Shown here: piece after piece, positions 20,709 to 29,746 of the stretch | Position numbering within the stretch: the first letter of the stretch is position 1 | How the letters are laid out: each line of letters starts with the position of its first letter | Assembly (NCBI GenBank): GCA_965215275.1 | Contig: OZ244044.1 | Location: 864,001-928,000, forward strand | Direction: 5' to 3' | DNA from: Thermodesulfobacteriota bacterium | GTDB taxonomy: Bacteria > Desulfobacterota_D > UBA1144 > Nemesobacterales > JAJCZQ01 | Length of the DNA: 64,000 bases | The notes under the pieces: model-generated | The model's database searches: none | Seen by the model: the letters and a program-made list of their open reading frames with translations, nothing else | Told to the model about the DNA's origin: nothing | Translations under genes and position numbers: made by a program

Positions 20709-20807
20709 AATAGTGTAATCTCTTTTTTTATAAGTAACTACAATACATACGCTACTTAGGGGTTATCAACTAAAAAGGATAATTACCAACAAACAAGAGA
20801 AGAAAAA

Positions 20808-21239
20808 TTGATTGGAATAGTCGTTGTTGCTCATGGAAATTTAGCAGATGAATTAATATCAGCGGTAAAATTCGTTTTATCCCAAGAACCTTCTGTCAAA
20901 TTTGCAGGCGTGTCGTTAGAACAGTCATCCACAGGATCTGACAACTATGAAGAAATAATCGACAACTCTATCAAGTCAGTAGACGAAGGTGGAGGAGTTT
21001 TATTAGTTACTGATATGTTCGGAGGAACTCCTTCCAATATCAGTTTGACGTTCCTGGACAAGAAAAATATCGAGGTAATATCAGGAGTAAACCTCCCAAT
21101 GCTTTTAAAGCTGTCAACACTAAAGAGCAGCGTTAAGATCAAAGAAGCCATCAAGATTGCAGAAAAAGCTGGAAAAGATAATATTATTGTCGCCAGCAAG
21201 CTCTTAAGCAAGAACAAGGAGCAGAACGCAAAGGAATAA
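20808..21239 (+). CDS. PTS mannose/fructose-type EIIA
   Basis: IGIVVVAHG, DMFGGTPSN, GVNLPML. Confidence 0.92.
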   Translation: MIGIVVVAHGNLADELISAVKFVLSQEPSVKFAGVSLEQSSTGSDNYEEIIDNSIKSVDEGGGVLLVTDMFGGTPSNISLTFLDKKNIEVISGVNLPMLLKLSTLKSSVKIKEAIKIAEKAGKDNIIVASKLLSKNKEQNAKE

Positions 21240-21241
21240 AC

Positions 21242-21568
21242 ATGAGAGTTGACGAATACGATAAAGTCGTTGAAAAGTGGAGCGATTATCTGCTCAGGGG
21301 TCCTCTTGAGGGTTATAAACTTGAAATTGACCCTGGTATCTCCAGGGAACTTGCAGCCATTGCTCTTTTCCTGGATATGCAGACCGTTCGTGCATCAGGG
21401 GACGTTGAAGAATTTTACGAAGGATACAGAAAAGCTGCAACCGATGTTTTAGAGTTCATCGGAGTTACTCTTGCTCAGGATGATGAGATGAAAATCATAA
21501 GGATCGACGTTTCCGCTAACACCGCCAACCTGCAGGAACAGTTAAAAGAGCATATCTGGGGGGAATAA
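21242..21568 (+). CDS. hypothetical protein
   Basis: 108-aa ORF 2 bp after EIIA, core-like composition. Confidence 0.7.
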   Translation: MRVDEYDKVVEKWSDYLLRGPLEGYKLEIDPGISRELAAIALFLDMQTVRASGDVEEFYEGYRKAATDVLEFIGVTLAQDDEMKIIRIDVSANTANLQEQLKEHIWGE

Positions 21569-21610
21569 CATTCCCGCTTCCATATCTTATATCCTTCAAA
21601 GTACTTATCT

Positions 21611-22405
21611 ATGAACGTTCTTGAAAGTTTTGACCTGTTCCTGCTTGATATGGACGGAGTAATATACACGGGCAGCCACCCTGTGCCCGGGTCTGTCGAG
21701 ACGATAAACCATTTATACAGCAAAAATAAAAAGATTATCTTTCTGACAAATAATCCATCTGGTTCAAATACCGAGTATAAGAGAAAGCTAAAGAACATAG
21801 GTATAAAGGCGGACATTAACCAGATAATTACCTCTGCCACGAGCCTCTGTCACTACCTTACGGGGGGCAGGCTCAGGAACATAAACACCAGATCAGCCTA
21901 CGTTATTGGAAGTAAGCATTTAAAAAACTCCGTTGCCAGGACGGGAGTTAAGTCAGTCTCCACTGCCGCAGACAGTGCGAACTATGTTATTATGGGTGGA
22001 CATAAAAATTTTAATTACAGTGAGATCGAGCACGCATCGCGGTTTATAAGAAACGGGGCAAGACTGATCGCCACAAACCGTGACCCTTATTATCCGTCAA
22101 AGGATGGATTTTCCCCGGGAACCGGGGCACTGCTTTCTTCCATAGAAATATCCGGAGGAACAAAAGCACTGATAACGGGTAAACCTGAAAAACATATCTT
22201 TCATCTATCCCTTAAACTTGCAGGGGTCAGAAAAAACAGGGCTGTAATAATTGGAGATAACCTTAAAACAGATATACTTGGAGGTATTAATTACGGTATC
22301 TATACCGTTCTGACCTTAAGCGGGGTAACTGATAAAAAGGAACTACAAAAGAGCAGCATTAAACCGGATAAGGTCATCAAGAGGCTCTCTTCCTTAATAG
22401 ACTGA
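21611..22405 (+). CDS. HAD-IIA (NagD-like) hydrolase
   Basis: DMDGVIY, LTNN, ATNRD, GKP, IGDNLKTDI. Confidence 0.9.
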   Translation: MNVLESFDLFLLDMDGVIYTGSHPVPGSVETINHLYSKNKKIIFLTNNPSGSNTEYKRKLKNIGIKADINQIITSATSLCHYLTGGRLRNINTRSAYVIGSKHLKNSVARTGVKSVSTAADSANYVIMGGHKNFNYSEIEHASRFIRNGARLIATNRDPYYPSKDGFSPGTGALLSSIEISGGTKALITGKPEKHIFHLSLKLAGVRKNRAVIIGDNLKTDILGGINYGIYTVLTLSGVTDKKELQKSSIKPDKVIKRLSSLID

Positions 22406-22423
22406 TCTGACATGATAAACAAA

Positions 22424-22630
22424 GGGAATTATATACTGTTTGCACTAGAGGTGTTTCAGGATTGACTGCTGAATTCACTATTTTAGCTGGTGGTTTAGAA
22501 TTTTTCTTATCCCATCTACGGCACACTACAGGTGGGAAAGAGCGTAACAAACATAGTAGCAGGAAGTAAAGGCAAGTAGAGGTTCAGTTGGTAAAGTTCC
22601 AGTAGTGGGAATTAAAGATAAGAAAACCCA
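22424..22630. mobile_element. IS1595 relic: TIR-like end plus a transposase core fragment
   Basis: GGGAATTATATACTG at 22424; 22531-22630 reads GGKERNKH..RGSVGKVPVVGIKDKKT, like GGKERNKH..GVKSIIVGMKNRET in 49430. Confidence 0.65.
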
Positions 22631-22707
22631 GAAAGTAAAAACTCTCTTCACTGGATCGTGATGAAAAACATAAAGCTGGATCAACCATTATTACATAATG
22701 TTAAAAG

Positions 22708-22947
22708 GTGAGTGCAATGAATAATTCAGAAAACAAAGTTTTAGATCAGGATGTTAAAGACATTGATTCCTCAATTACTTTTCGTTGTAATGAAGAAGGC
22801 GAAGTTGTTATGTCCCTGGATCAGTTCACTTCACTTATGGAAACCCTTTATCTGTTAAAAAGCCCTGCTAATGCGGCACGTTTATCAAAGTCCATAAAAC
22901 AGTATCGTGCGGGCAAAACCAAACGGCATGAATTAATTGATGATTGA
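22708..22947 (+). CDS. yefM: YefM/Phd-family antitoxin (N-terminus divergent)
   Basis: VVMSL..SLMETLYLLKSPANAARL..SI. Confidence 0.75.
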   Translation: MSAMNNSENKVLDQDVKDIDSSITFRCNEEGEVVMSLDQFTSLMETLYLLKSPANAARLSKSIKQYRAGKTKRHELIDD

Positions 22948-22987
22948 TATTTCATGGACGGACGAAACACGAGAGGAATATCTATAA
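22940..22987 (+). pseudogene. stub of YoeB/Txe toxin
   Basis: MIDISWTDETREEYL* overlaps the yefM stop and ends after 15 codons. Confidence 0.55.
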
Positions 22988-23067
22988 TTATCCTTGATCC
23001 TTCCAGGGGGTTTACCAGACCTGCCAGTTAAAATTCCAAGCTATATCCTGTTGGTCCAATCATTGGT

Positions 23068-24072
23068 TCAAGGTATGTACAGACCCATTTTTTCGATCAT
23101 TTCCCCCATGTTCTGCTTTGCTGTCTGAACGGCTTTCTGGGTTCCCTGGTAAAGTATCTCTCTTACCTGCTCAGGTTTTGACTCATAGGCTTTTCTTCTC
23201 TCAATGTAAGGTTCCAGCATCTTATTAATGGCCTTTGACAGTTTATTCTTGACCTCAACGTCCCCTACTGTTCCCGACCGGTACCTTTTTTTAAGGTCCT
23301 CGACTTCATCCACGTCCGTGTTAAATGCATCGTGGTAGATAAACACTGGGTTTCCCTCGACCGTCCCAGGTATATCAGCTCTTACACGCTTCGGGTCAGT
23401 AAACATCCCCATTACTTTTTTCTGAACGGATTCAGGGTCGTCAGATATATATATACAGTTATCAAGGCTTTTGCTCATCTTTCTGTTACCGTCAGTACCG
23501 ACCAGCCTTGACGTCTGACTGATCACCGGATCAGGTTCCTCAAAAAATTCACCATACAGATAATTGAACCTTCTGGCGAGTTCCCTTGTCAGTTCAAGGT
23601 GACTCAGCTGATCCTCTCCGATTGGTACCTTGGTAGCTTTGAACATCAGTATATCAGCAGCCATTAATATCGGATACCCGAGCAGGCCTACCGAATAGTT
23701 CTCCCCTACTCCCATATCCTGTATCTTTTCCTTCAAAGTGGGGATCCTTTCCGACCTCGGTACCGTGCAGAACATTGAAAGTATCGTGGACAGCTGAGAT
23801 ATGTAAGGCACCTGAGATTGAACGTAAAAGGTGGACCTTTCAGGGTCCATACCAACGCTCAGCCAGTCCAAGACCATCTGGATAGTGTTCTGCTCAACTT
23901 CTTTGATCTTATCATAATGGGTGGTCAGCATGTGAAGGTCTGCCACAAGAAAAAAGCATTCGTAATCAGTCTGATACTTCACTCTGTTCTCCAGCGACCC
24001 GACAAGGTGACCCAGGTGAAGTCGTCCAGTCGGTCTGTCCCCGGTTACAAGTATTTTCTTATCTGACGACAT
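23068..24072 (-). CDS. trpS: tryptophanyl-tRNA synthetase
   Basis: TGDRPTGRLHLGH, YPILMAADI, GEDQ, KMSKS. Confidence 0.96.
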   Translation of the reverse strand: MSSDKKILVTGDRPTGRLHLGHLVGSLENRVKYQTDYECFFLVADLHMLTTHYDKIKEVEQNTIQMVLDWLSVGMDPERSTFYVQSQVPYISQLSTILSMFCTVPRSERIPTLKEKIQDMGVGENYSVGLLGYPILMAADILMFKATKVPIGEDQLSHLELTRELARRFNYLYGEFFEEPDPVISQTSRLVGTDGNRKMSKSLDNCIYISDDPESVQKKVMGMFTDPKRVRADIPGTVEGNPVFIYHDAFNTDVDEVEDLKKRYRSGTVGDVEVKNKLSKAINKMLEPYIERRKAYESKPEQVREILYQGTQKAVQTAKQNMGEMIEKMGLYIP

Positions 24073-24434
24073 ATCTTCGTTAATTTTCTACCTTCCCTCT
24101 GATATGAACTGGATTACAGTAAAAATGATCAGGATCTTTACGGTACTGGTCGTACATCGGCTGGAAGGAATTCAAGGTTATGGAATTGTAACGGTTTTTG
24201 ATAATTATACAACAGGATATTAAACCTGTTTTTACCAGACCACACACTTGCGATGAAGATCAGTTCCAGACATAAAGTCCCAATATACAACCCTTTATAT
24301 GGGAATTATGTATAAAAAAAAGAAGGGGACTATATACTTTAGTACCCAAAATGAATAATAAATGCCTTACGGCATTTGATATCTTTATATATTAGTATAT
24401 GGATTAAAAAAGTATTTTAAAGGAGAAAATGTAA

Positions 24435-25001
24435 ATGAGTAATGCTAATAAACATAACAAACTTCCTGGTTCGGATTATAATAGTATAATAAAATCTCTT
24501 ATTCGTGCTACTGAGTCAATTCCAGAGTATAATGAATATACAAAAGAAGCGGAGAAAATTTTAGAAAATCCTATACCTATTGGATATGATGTAAAGGAAG
24601 GGTGGAGGCTACATAACTATTTTCAGGATAAAAGAGTTGTTGAAAAAGTGTATGGGATGAATTTTTTAGAACAGTACTATATGAGTGAAGAAAATGGAAC
24701 TTGGATGCCAGGTATGCTGAAAAGAATTGAAGTTATAAAAGATGAATGTCCTGTTATTTATAAAAACCTTAAAGAAGATGGGTATTTATCAGGTTTTATG
24801 TATCTTATTTATTATATTGCTGTTTTTGGAAAGATTAAAAAATCTAAAAGAAATATTAGAAAATCTAAAAGGGATAAGTTTTATAATATATTTGCGACTT
24901 ATGTACATAAGTCTGTAAATGGCGATAAAGAAGATGTAAATATGGAGATAGAAAATCTTATGAATATAATGATGGAGGATGGGTATGGTGGATTAGAGTA
25001 G
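24435..25001 (+). CDS. hypothetical protein between repeats 1 and 2
   Basis: 188-aa AT-rich ORF, RBS AAGGAG. Confidence 0.65.
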   Translation: MSNANKHNKLPGSDYNSIIKSLIRATESIPEYNEYTKEAEKILENPIPIGYDVKEGWRLHNYFQDKRVVEKVYGMNFLEQYYMSEENGTWMPGMLKRIEVIKDECPVIYKNLKEDGYLSGFMYLIYYIAVFGKIKKSKRNIRKSKRDKFYNIFATYVHKSVNGDKEDVNMEIENLMNIMMEDGYGGLE

Positions 25002-25056
25002 GAGATGAGTTATATAATAAAGGAAGGGGACTATATACTTTAGTACCCAAGATAGT

Positions 25057-25218
25057 TTAATCTTTTGATCTACTTAACTTTTTTCTTTTTTCGTTTTCTT
25101 TTAATTTTCTTTGAGTTCTATGTTTTTTAGATAGTTCTATTTGGGGAGCGAACATTATTTTTATTGCTTCATCAAATGTTGCATCTAACGGGGGAATTAT
25201 CTTTTGCTTTCTACCCAT
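25057..25218 (-). CDS. small IS-terminal protein (53 aa, MGRKQKIIPPLDATFDEAIKIMF...)
   Basis: Below the ORF-track cutoff; stop lies 6 bp from repeat 2; P..x.FD..vK motif shared with 19216-19425. Confidence 0.5.
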   Translation of the reverse strand: MGRKQKIIPPLDATFDEAIKIMFAPQIELSKKHRTQRKLKENEKRKKLSRSKD

Positions 25219-25245
25219 TGTAAAAGCCTTTTTTATTCATACTTT

Positions 25246-25992
25246 TTAAACTTTAATTTTTTTATCTAAAAACGGACTTTGGTATACTCCGCCATTTTCT
25301 CTAATACTTGAAATAAACCAATCCATAACATATTTTACCTCTTTAACCACAGGGTCGATACCTTTTTTCTCAATAAAGTTCTCTCCTACATCTACACCAA
25401 GCACCGGACATCTGCCTACAATTTCATTATCTTCGTTAATATAGGTAAATATCTTATATCCTTTATGTTTACCGTGATATTGTATATCTCTTATATCTTC
25501 TAACTCTTCAACATAAAACTCTTTTGTAGCATCCATGCCATACTTATCTTTAAACTCTTTCTTCACATCTGCCATAGATGGATTATCAAACTCATTTACA
25601 ACATCTAAATTAGTGTTATTCATATATGCCTCCCTAAGATATTTTTTTGCTTTTTTACTACGCTCTATATTATTTTCTTTATCTAATCTTAATATCTCGC
25701 TTTTAAAATATTTCCATTCACTGATCATTTTTTTAACCATATCTTCTCCATCTTGTTTAGATATAGTAGTATTTAGATGGGGATAATTTTCATGTTCAGC
25801 CCGCCTATGTCCACCTTTACCTCGATCATCATATATTATAAACCCCACTGCTTTAAGTCTTTTAATATACTCCCTTACTTTCATTATGGCACTTCCCTCA
25901 TATATCTGCTCAACTAATGTTGGACCACGCTCATAAATCTGTTGAATTCTTGTTAGTTTATTATTTTCTTCCATATTCTTTCCTTTTATCAA
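25246..25992 (-). CDS. HicA-like / HicB-like fusion protein
   Basis: MKVREYIKRLKAVGF...RGKGGHR..H..YP (HicA); YKIFTYINEDNEIVGRCPVL...KEVKYVMDWFI...ENG...SP (HicB). Confidence 0.6.
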   Translation of the reverse strand: MIKGKNMEENNKLTRIQQIYERGPTLVEQIYEGSAIMKVREYIKRLKAVGFIIYDDRGKGGHRRAEHENYPHLNTTISKQDGEDMVKKMISEWKYFKSEILRLDKENNIERSKKAKKYLREAYMNNTNLDVVNEFDNPSMADVKKEFKDKYGMDATKEFYVEELEDIRDIQYHGKHKGYKIFTYINEDNEIVGRCPVLGVDVGENFIEKKGIDPVVKEVKYVMDWFISSIRENGGVYQSPFLDKKIKV

Positions 25993-26023
25993 TTTTCTCT
26001 ATATGATTCAATAACCTTTATCC

Positions 26024-26476
26024 TTATATATAATAGAACAAATCAAAATCAATTAATTTACCAATTATTTTATAAACATTTAATTGCTCTGGATTTTTAT
26101 AATCATACTCGTTTATTTCTTTTTTTAATGTTGCTAAATCCGAGTCTATAACCCACTCATCAACCCGTTCATATTTTTGATGTATATAACTCTCTGTTTC
26201 TCTGTAATTCTCTTTTAATACTTTATACACTATTTTATTAGAACCTAACGGGTCAAATGCAGATTGAATTCTTCTTTCTGGATTTGCTGATATACCTACT
26301 TTAAACCAATCTTTTAACTTTACATTATCGGAATTAACAGCAATATATACATATTTCTTATCTACATAGGATTTACCCTGATCCGTTCTTTCTGGTGGGT
26401 CTGTATGAAACCCTATTTGATCAAAGTTAAACATATTTGAAACATATTTGAAACATATTTGAAACCTCTTTTTCAA
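26024..26476 (-). pseudogene. T5orf172/GIY-YIG-like domain, probably the detached C-terminus of a methyltransferase fusion
   Basis: KKYVYI..N...FKVG....PERR...E..IH..Y....EWV matches the tail of 33334-34791; N-terminus formed by an 11-bp x3 repeat. Confidence 0.6.
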
Positions 26477-26493
26477 TCCTTTCTTTAACTAAA

Positions 26494-26741
26494 GGGGACT
26501 ATATACTTTAGTACCCAAAAAGAATAATCCCTGCATCCTGACGTGATCATTATCATTGTAAGAAAGGAAAGAAAAAGACGTTATACCTGACACTAAAGCA
26601 GAAACAGAAGAAGACGGGACGACAATTCCTGATCAGATGGTGTACACGACAGGAAAACCAATAACGCTGCATGAGGAAATGGCAGTGAGAGAAGTATCCT
26701 GCACTCAGAACAGTACGCTCTTTTTTAAAGTATATAAGTCC
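26494..26741 (+). mobile_element. internally deleted TIR mini-element retaining a tnpB/omegaRNA 3' motif
   Basis: Left end GGGGACTATATACTTTA, inverted TAAAGTATATAAGTCC at 26726-26741; CTGCACTCAGAACAGTACG identical to 6933-6951; no target duplication seen. Confidence 0.55.
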
Positions 26742-26911
26742 GTTTTTATTTACTATTCTGAAGGAAAATGCTAAACTATTTCAGCAGTAAGGTAATTATA
26801 TTGGGTCATTGAACGCAAATAACACCAGTTACCTGAGGGTTTTCTTGCTGGTTCTGTTCTTTTTGCAATACCCTACCGCCTGCAGGCAAACTCAAAGGCA
26901 ATACCAAAATT

Positions 26912-27916
26912 ATGAACGGTATAGTAACCCTGGATGAATTTATTATACGGAGACAGAGAGATTTTAAGTACTCCACTGGGGAATTTTCAAGATTATTAAG
27001 AGATATAGGCTTTGCCTCCAAGCTGGTTCACAGAGAGGTGAACAAAGCAGGACTCGTCAAAGAAATAATCGGCAAGACCGGAGGGATAAACGTTCAGGGA
27101 GAAGAAGTCCAGAAGCTGGATGAATACGCCAACACCCGGTTCACAGAGGCCTTGAAACTTGGTGAGGAATGTGCAGGTATCTGCACCGAAGAGATGAAAA
27201 ACTTTATTCCTCTTGAAGGTAAGAATTCCAGAAGTTCCAAGTATGTAATCGTTATGGACCCACTTGACGGTTCTTCAAATATCGACGTGAACGTATCCGT
27301 TGGCACGATCTTCGCTCTTTACAGAAGACGGTCCAAAACTGATGAAGTGTGTCAGATAGAGGATTTTTTACAGCCGGGAACAAAACAGGTAGCAGCTGGA
27401 TACATTATCTATGGTTCATCAACGATGCTCGTATATACCGCAGGGCGTGGCGTGAACGGATTTACGCTGGACCCTTCAATAGGAGAGTTCTGCCTGTCTC
27501 ATCCTGATATTAAAATACCTGAAGATGCAAACCTGTATTCGTTCAATTACGGGAATTTCCCGAATTTTTACGAGGACGTAAAACAGTACATAGCAGAATC
27601 ATTTGGTTCTTCTGATAAAAATCCTCGTATCTCATACAGGTACATCGGTTCCATGGTTGCGGACATTCACAGAAACATGCTGAAGGGAGGTATTTTTATG
27701 TACCCTGCCACTTCGGATTCCCCGCAGGGTAAGCTGAGACTTTTATATGAGTGCAATCCCATGGCCTTTATAGTCGAGCAGGCTGGCGGAACAGCGATCA
27801 ACGGCACGGACAGGATACTTGATATAAAACCGACCAAGCTGCATCAAAGAACCCCTTTTTATGCTGGTTCCCGGAACATGGTTGAAAGGGTAAAGAAGTT
27901 CGTAAGCACTGCCTGA
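26912..27916 (+). CDS. fbp: fructose-1,6-bisphosphatase class 1
   Basis: GEEVQKLD, DPLDGSSN, RYIGSMVAD, KLRLLYE. Confidence 0.97.
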   Translation: MNGIVTLDEFIIRRQRDFKYSTGEFSRLLRDIGFASKLVHREVNKAGLVKEIIGKTGGINVQGEEVQKLDEYANTRFTEALKLGEECAGICTEEMKNFIPLEGKNSRSSKYVIVMDPLDGSSNIDVNVSVGTIFALYRRRSKTDEVCQIEDFLQPGTKQVAAGYIIYGSSTMLVYTAGRGVNGFTLDPSIGEFCLSHPDIKIPEDANLYSFNYGNFPNFYEDVKQYIAESFGSSDKNPRISYRYIGSMVADIHRNMLKGGIFMYPATSDSPQGKLRLLYECNPMAFIVEQAGGTAINGTDRILDIKPTKLHQRTPFYAGSRNMVERVKKFVSTA

Positions 27917-27927
27917 TCTTAAATTCC

Positions 27928-28815
27928 ATGTCAGATAAAACTCTGTTAAGGACAGATTTTAAAAACGTTCCACCACCCGTGAGAGGAAAGGTCAGGGACG
28001 TTTTTCAACTGAACGATAACAGGCTCCTGATCGTTACGACCGACAGGATATCTGCCTATGACCATATTCTTCCAAACGGTATTCCAGATAAAGGTATAGT
28101 GCTGAATAAAATATCGGAATTCTGGTTTTATAAAACAAGGGACATGATAAAAAACCACCTCATATCGACCGATCCCAGGGACTATCCCGCAGAATTCCAG
28201 CCATATACGGAACAGCTGCTGAACAGAAGTATGATGGTGATAAAAACTCGACCGCTTCCCATAGAGTGCGTGGTCAGAGGGTATATTTCAGGTTCGGGAT
28301 GGACAGAATATAAAAACACCGGCAGGATCTGCGGTACTGATCTGCCTTCGGGCTTAACGGAGTCTTCAAAGCTGCAGACCCCTATATTTACTCCATCCAC
28401 AAAAGCCACTGGCGGCCAGCATGATGAAAATATCTCCTACGAAGAAGCCGCGGAGATGATTGGTGAAGACCTGGCAATGCAGGTTCGTGATCTCAGCATT
28501 GAGATATATGTAAAAGCAAGTGAGATCGCCTGTAAAAAAGGCATTATAATTGCAGATACGAAGTTTGAATTCGGCACCGACGCAGGTGGCAAGCTGATGC
28601 TCATAGATGAAGTGCTTACACCAGATTCCTCAAGGTTCTGGCCGAAAGAAGATTACTCTCCCGGAAGACCGCAGAAGAGCTTTGATAAACAGTTCGTAAG
28701 AGATCATTTAAACTCGGTCGGCTGGGACAGAAAACCACCTGCCCCGAAACTTCCCGAAGAAGTGGTAAATAAAACAAAAGAAAAGTACGTATCAATGCTG
28801 AACCTCTTCAGATGA
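27928..28815 (+). CDS. purC: SAICAR synthetase
   Basis: GKVRD, DRISAYD, ECVVRGY, ADTKFEFG, DEVLTPDSSRFW. Confidence 0.97.
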   Translation: MSDKTLLRTDFKNVPPPVRGKVRDVFQLNDNRLLIVTTDRISAYDHILPNGIPDKGIVLNKISEFWFYKTRDMIKNHLISTDPRDYPAEFQPYTEQLLNRSMMVIKTRPLPIECVVRGYISGSGWTEYKNTGRICGTDLPSGLTESSKLQTPIFTPSTKATGGQHDENISYEEAAEMIGEDLAMQVRDLSIEIYVKASEIACKKGIIIADTKFEFGTDAGGKLMLIDEVLTPDSSRFWPKEDYSPGRPQKSFDKQFVRDHLNSVGWDRKPPAPKLPEEVVNKTKEKYVSMLNLFR

Positions 28816-29645
28816 AAAACGGATCAACGATAAGCATTTTAGGATGCGGCTGGCTGGGACTTCCACTGGGAATCTTTCTTTATGAAAAAGGATACAGCGT
28901 CAAAGGTTCCACAACGGATGAGCAGAAGTTAGCATCCATAAAAGAAAGTAACATCAAGCCGTATCTTTTAGTACTGGAACCCGGGATAAACTGCGAAAGG
29001 AAAACGGATTTCTTTGACACTGATGTACTAATCATAAATATACCTCCACCTCGCAGAGAAGACGTGGTGGAATATCACTTTCTGCAGATAAAAAGCCTGA
29101 TAAAAGAATGTATAAATGCCGGGGTAAAGAAAGTCCTGTTCGTAAGTTCCACTTCGGTGTATCCCGAAACGAACAAAGTGGTTTATGAAAGTGAGACGCT
29201 TGCTCCGGGTAAACCTCCAAGTAAATCTTCAGGGACCGCATTAAAACGGGTTGAAAATATGCTTCTGGACGCATCTGCATTTCAGACCACGATCCTCCGC
29301 CTTGCAGGACTTATCGGCTACGACAGAAATCCGAGGAACTTTCTGAAAAAACGAAGGGTCATACATAAAACAGACGCCCCCGTTAACCTGGTGCACAGAG
29401 ATGACTGCATCAATGTGATCTACAGGGTTATTAAAAACAACGTATGGGGAGAGATTTACAATGTGTGTTGTGACAGACATCCAACAAGAGCTGCCTTTTA
29501 CAGGAACGAGGCTGAAAAGGCAAATATGGAAAAGCTCAAGATAGAGTTTAAAGAACCGGTCAGTTATAAGATCGTAAGCAATAAAAAACTGAAAAAAGAA
29601 CTTGGCTACAAGTTTATCTATCCCGACCCTCTGAAACTCAACTAA
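28812..29645 (+). CDS. NAD-dependent epimerase/atypical SDR (YeeZ-like)
   Basis: ILGCGWLG, SSTSVY, LRLAGL, VNLVHRDD. Confidence 0.85.
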   Translation: MKNGSTISILGCGWLGLPLGIFLYEKGYSVKGSTTDEQKLASIKESNIKPYLLVLEPGINCERKTDFFDTDVLIINIPPPRREDVVEYHFLQIKSLIKECINAGVKKVLFVSSTSVYPETNKVVYESETLAPGKPPSKSSGTALKRVENMLLDASAFQTTILRLAGLIGYDRNPRNFLKKRRVIHKTDAPVNLVHRDDCINVIYRVIKNNVWGEIYNVCCDRHPTRAAFYRNEAEKANMEKLKIEFKEPVSYKIVSNKKLKKELGYKFIYPDPLKLN

Positions 29646-29746
29646 AATAAAGCAAATAACGAAATACTTTTTAAAACTTCACTTGTCAGTATTATAAACT
29701 CTCATATAAAATAAACAGATTAAACGTTTTCAGAGGTTTTCATTCA

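Larger units (their letters stand above)
17947..20787 (-). mobile_element. composite IS1595-derived passenger element: one left end (20764-20787) and two right ends (19183-19206 and 17947-17970)
   Basis: GGTAATTACCCTGTTTAGCTGACA and GGGAATTTTCCTTTTTAGCTGACA versus inverted GGTAATTATCCTTTTTAGTTGATA; transposase stub beside the left end; outer flanks AGTAAATA/AACAAACA differ only by transitions. Confidence 0.7.
24323..26518 (+). repeat. three identical 27-bp direct repeats AAGGGGACTATATACTTTAGTACCCAA (24323-24349, 25024-25050, 26492-26518)
   Basis: Exact matches read directly; decayed copy at about 33296-33320; degenerate inverted copy at 26726-26741. Confidence 0.92.

Noticed and set aside
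26428..26465. 11-bp x3 repeat AACATATTTGA as a regulatory array
   Set aside because: More simply a local slippage at the truncation point of the T5orf172 fragment
24323..26518. 27-bp repeats as CRISPR repeats or dif sites
   Set aside because: Intervals are 0.7-1.4 kb and the sequence does not resemble the XerC/XerD dif consensus; it does resemble the IS ends
26800..26900. ZMP/ZTP riboswitch ahead of fbp-purC
   Set aside because: Only a partial CCGCCTG match; the conserved GACTGGCG/GGGAG core is absent
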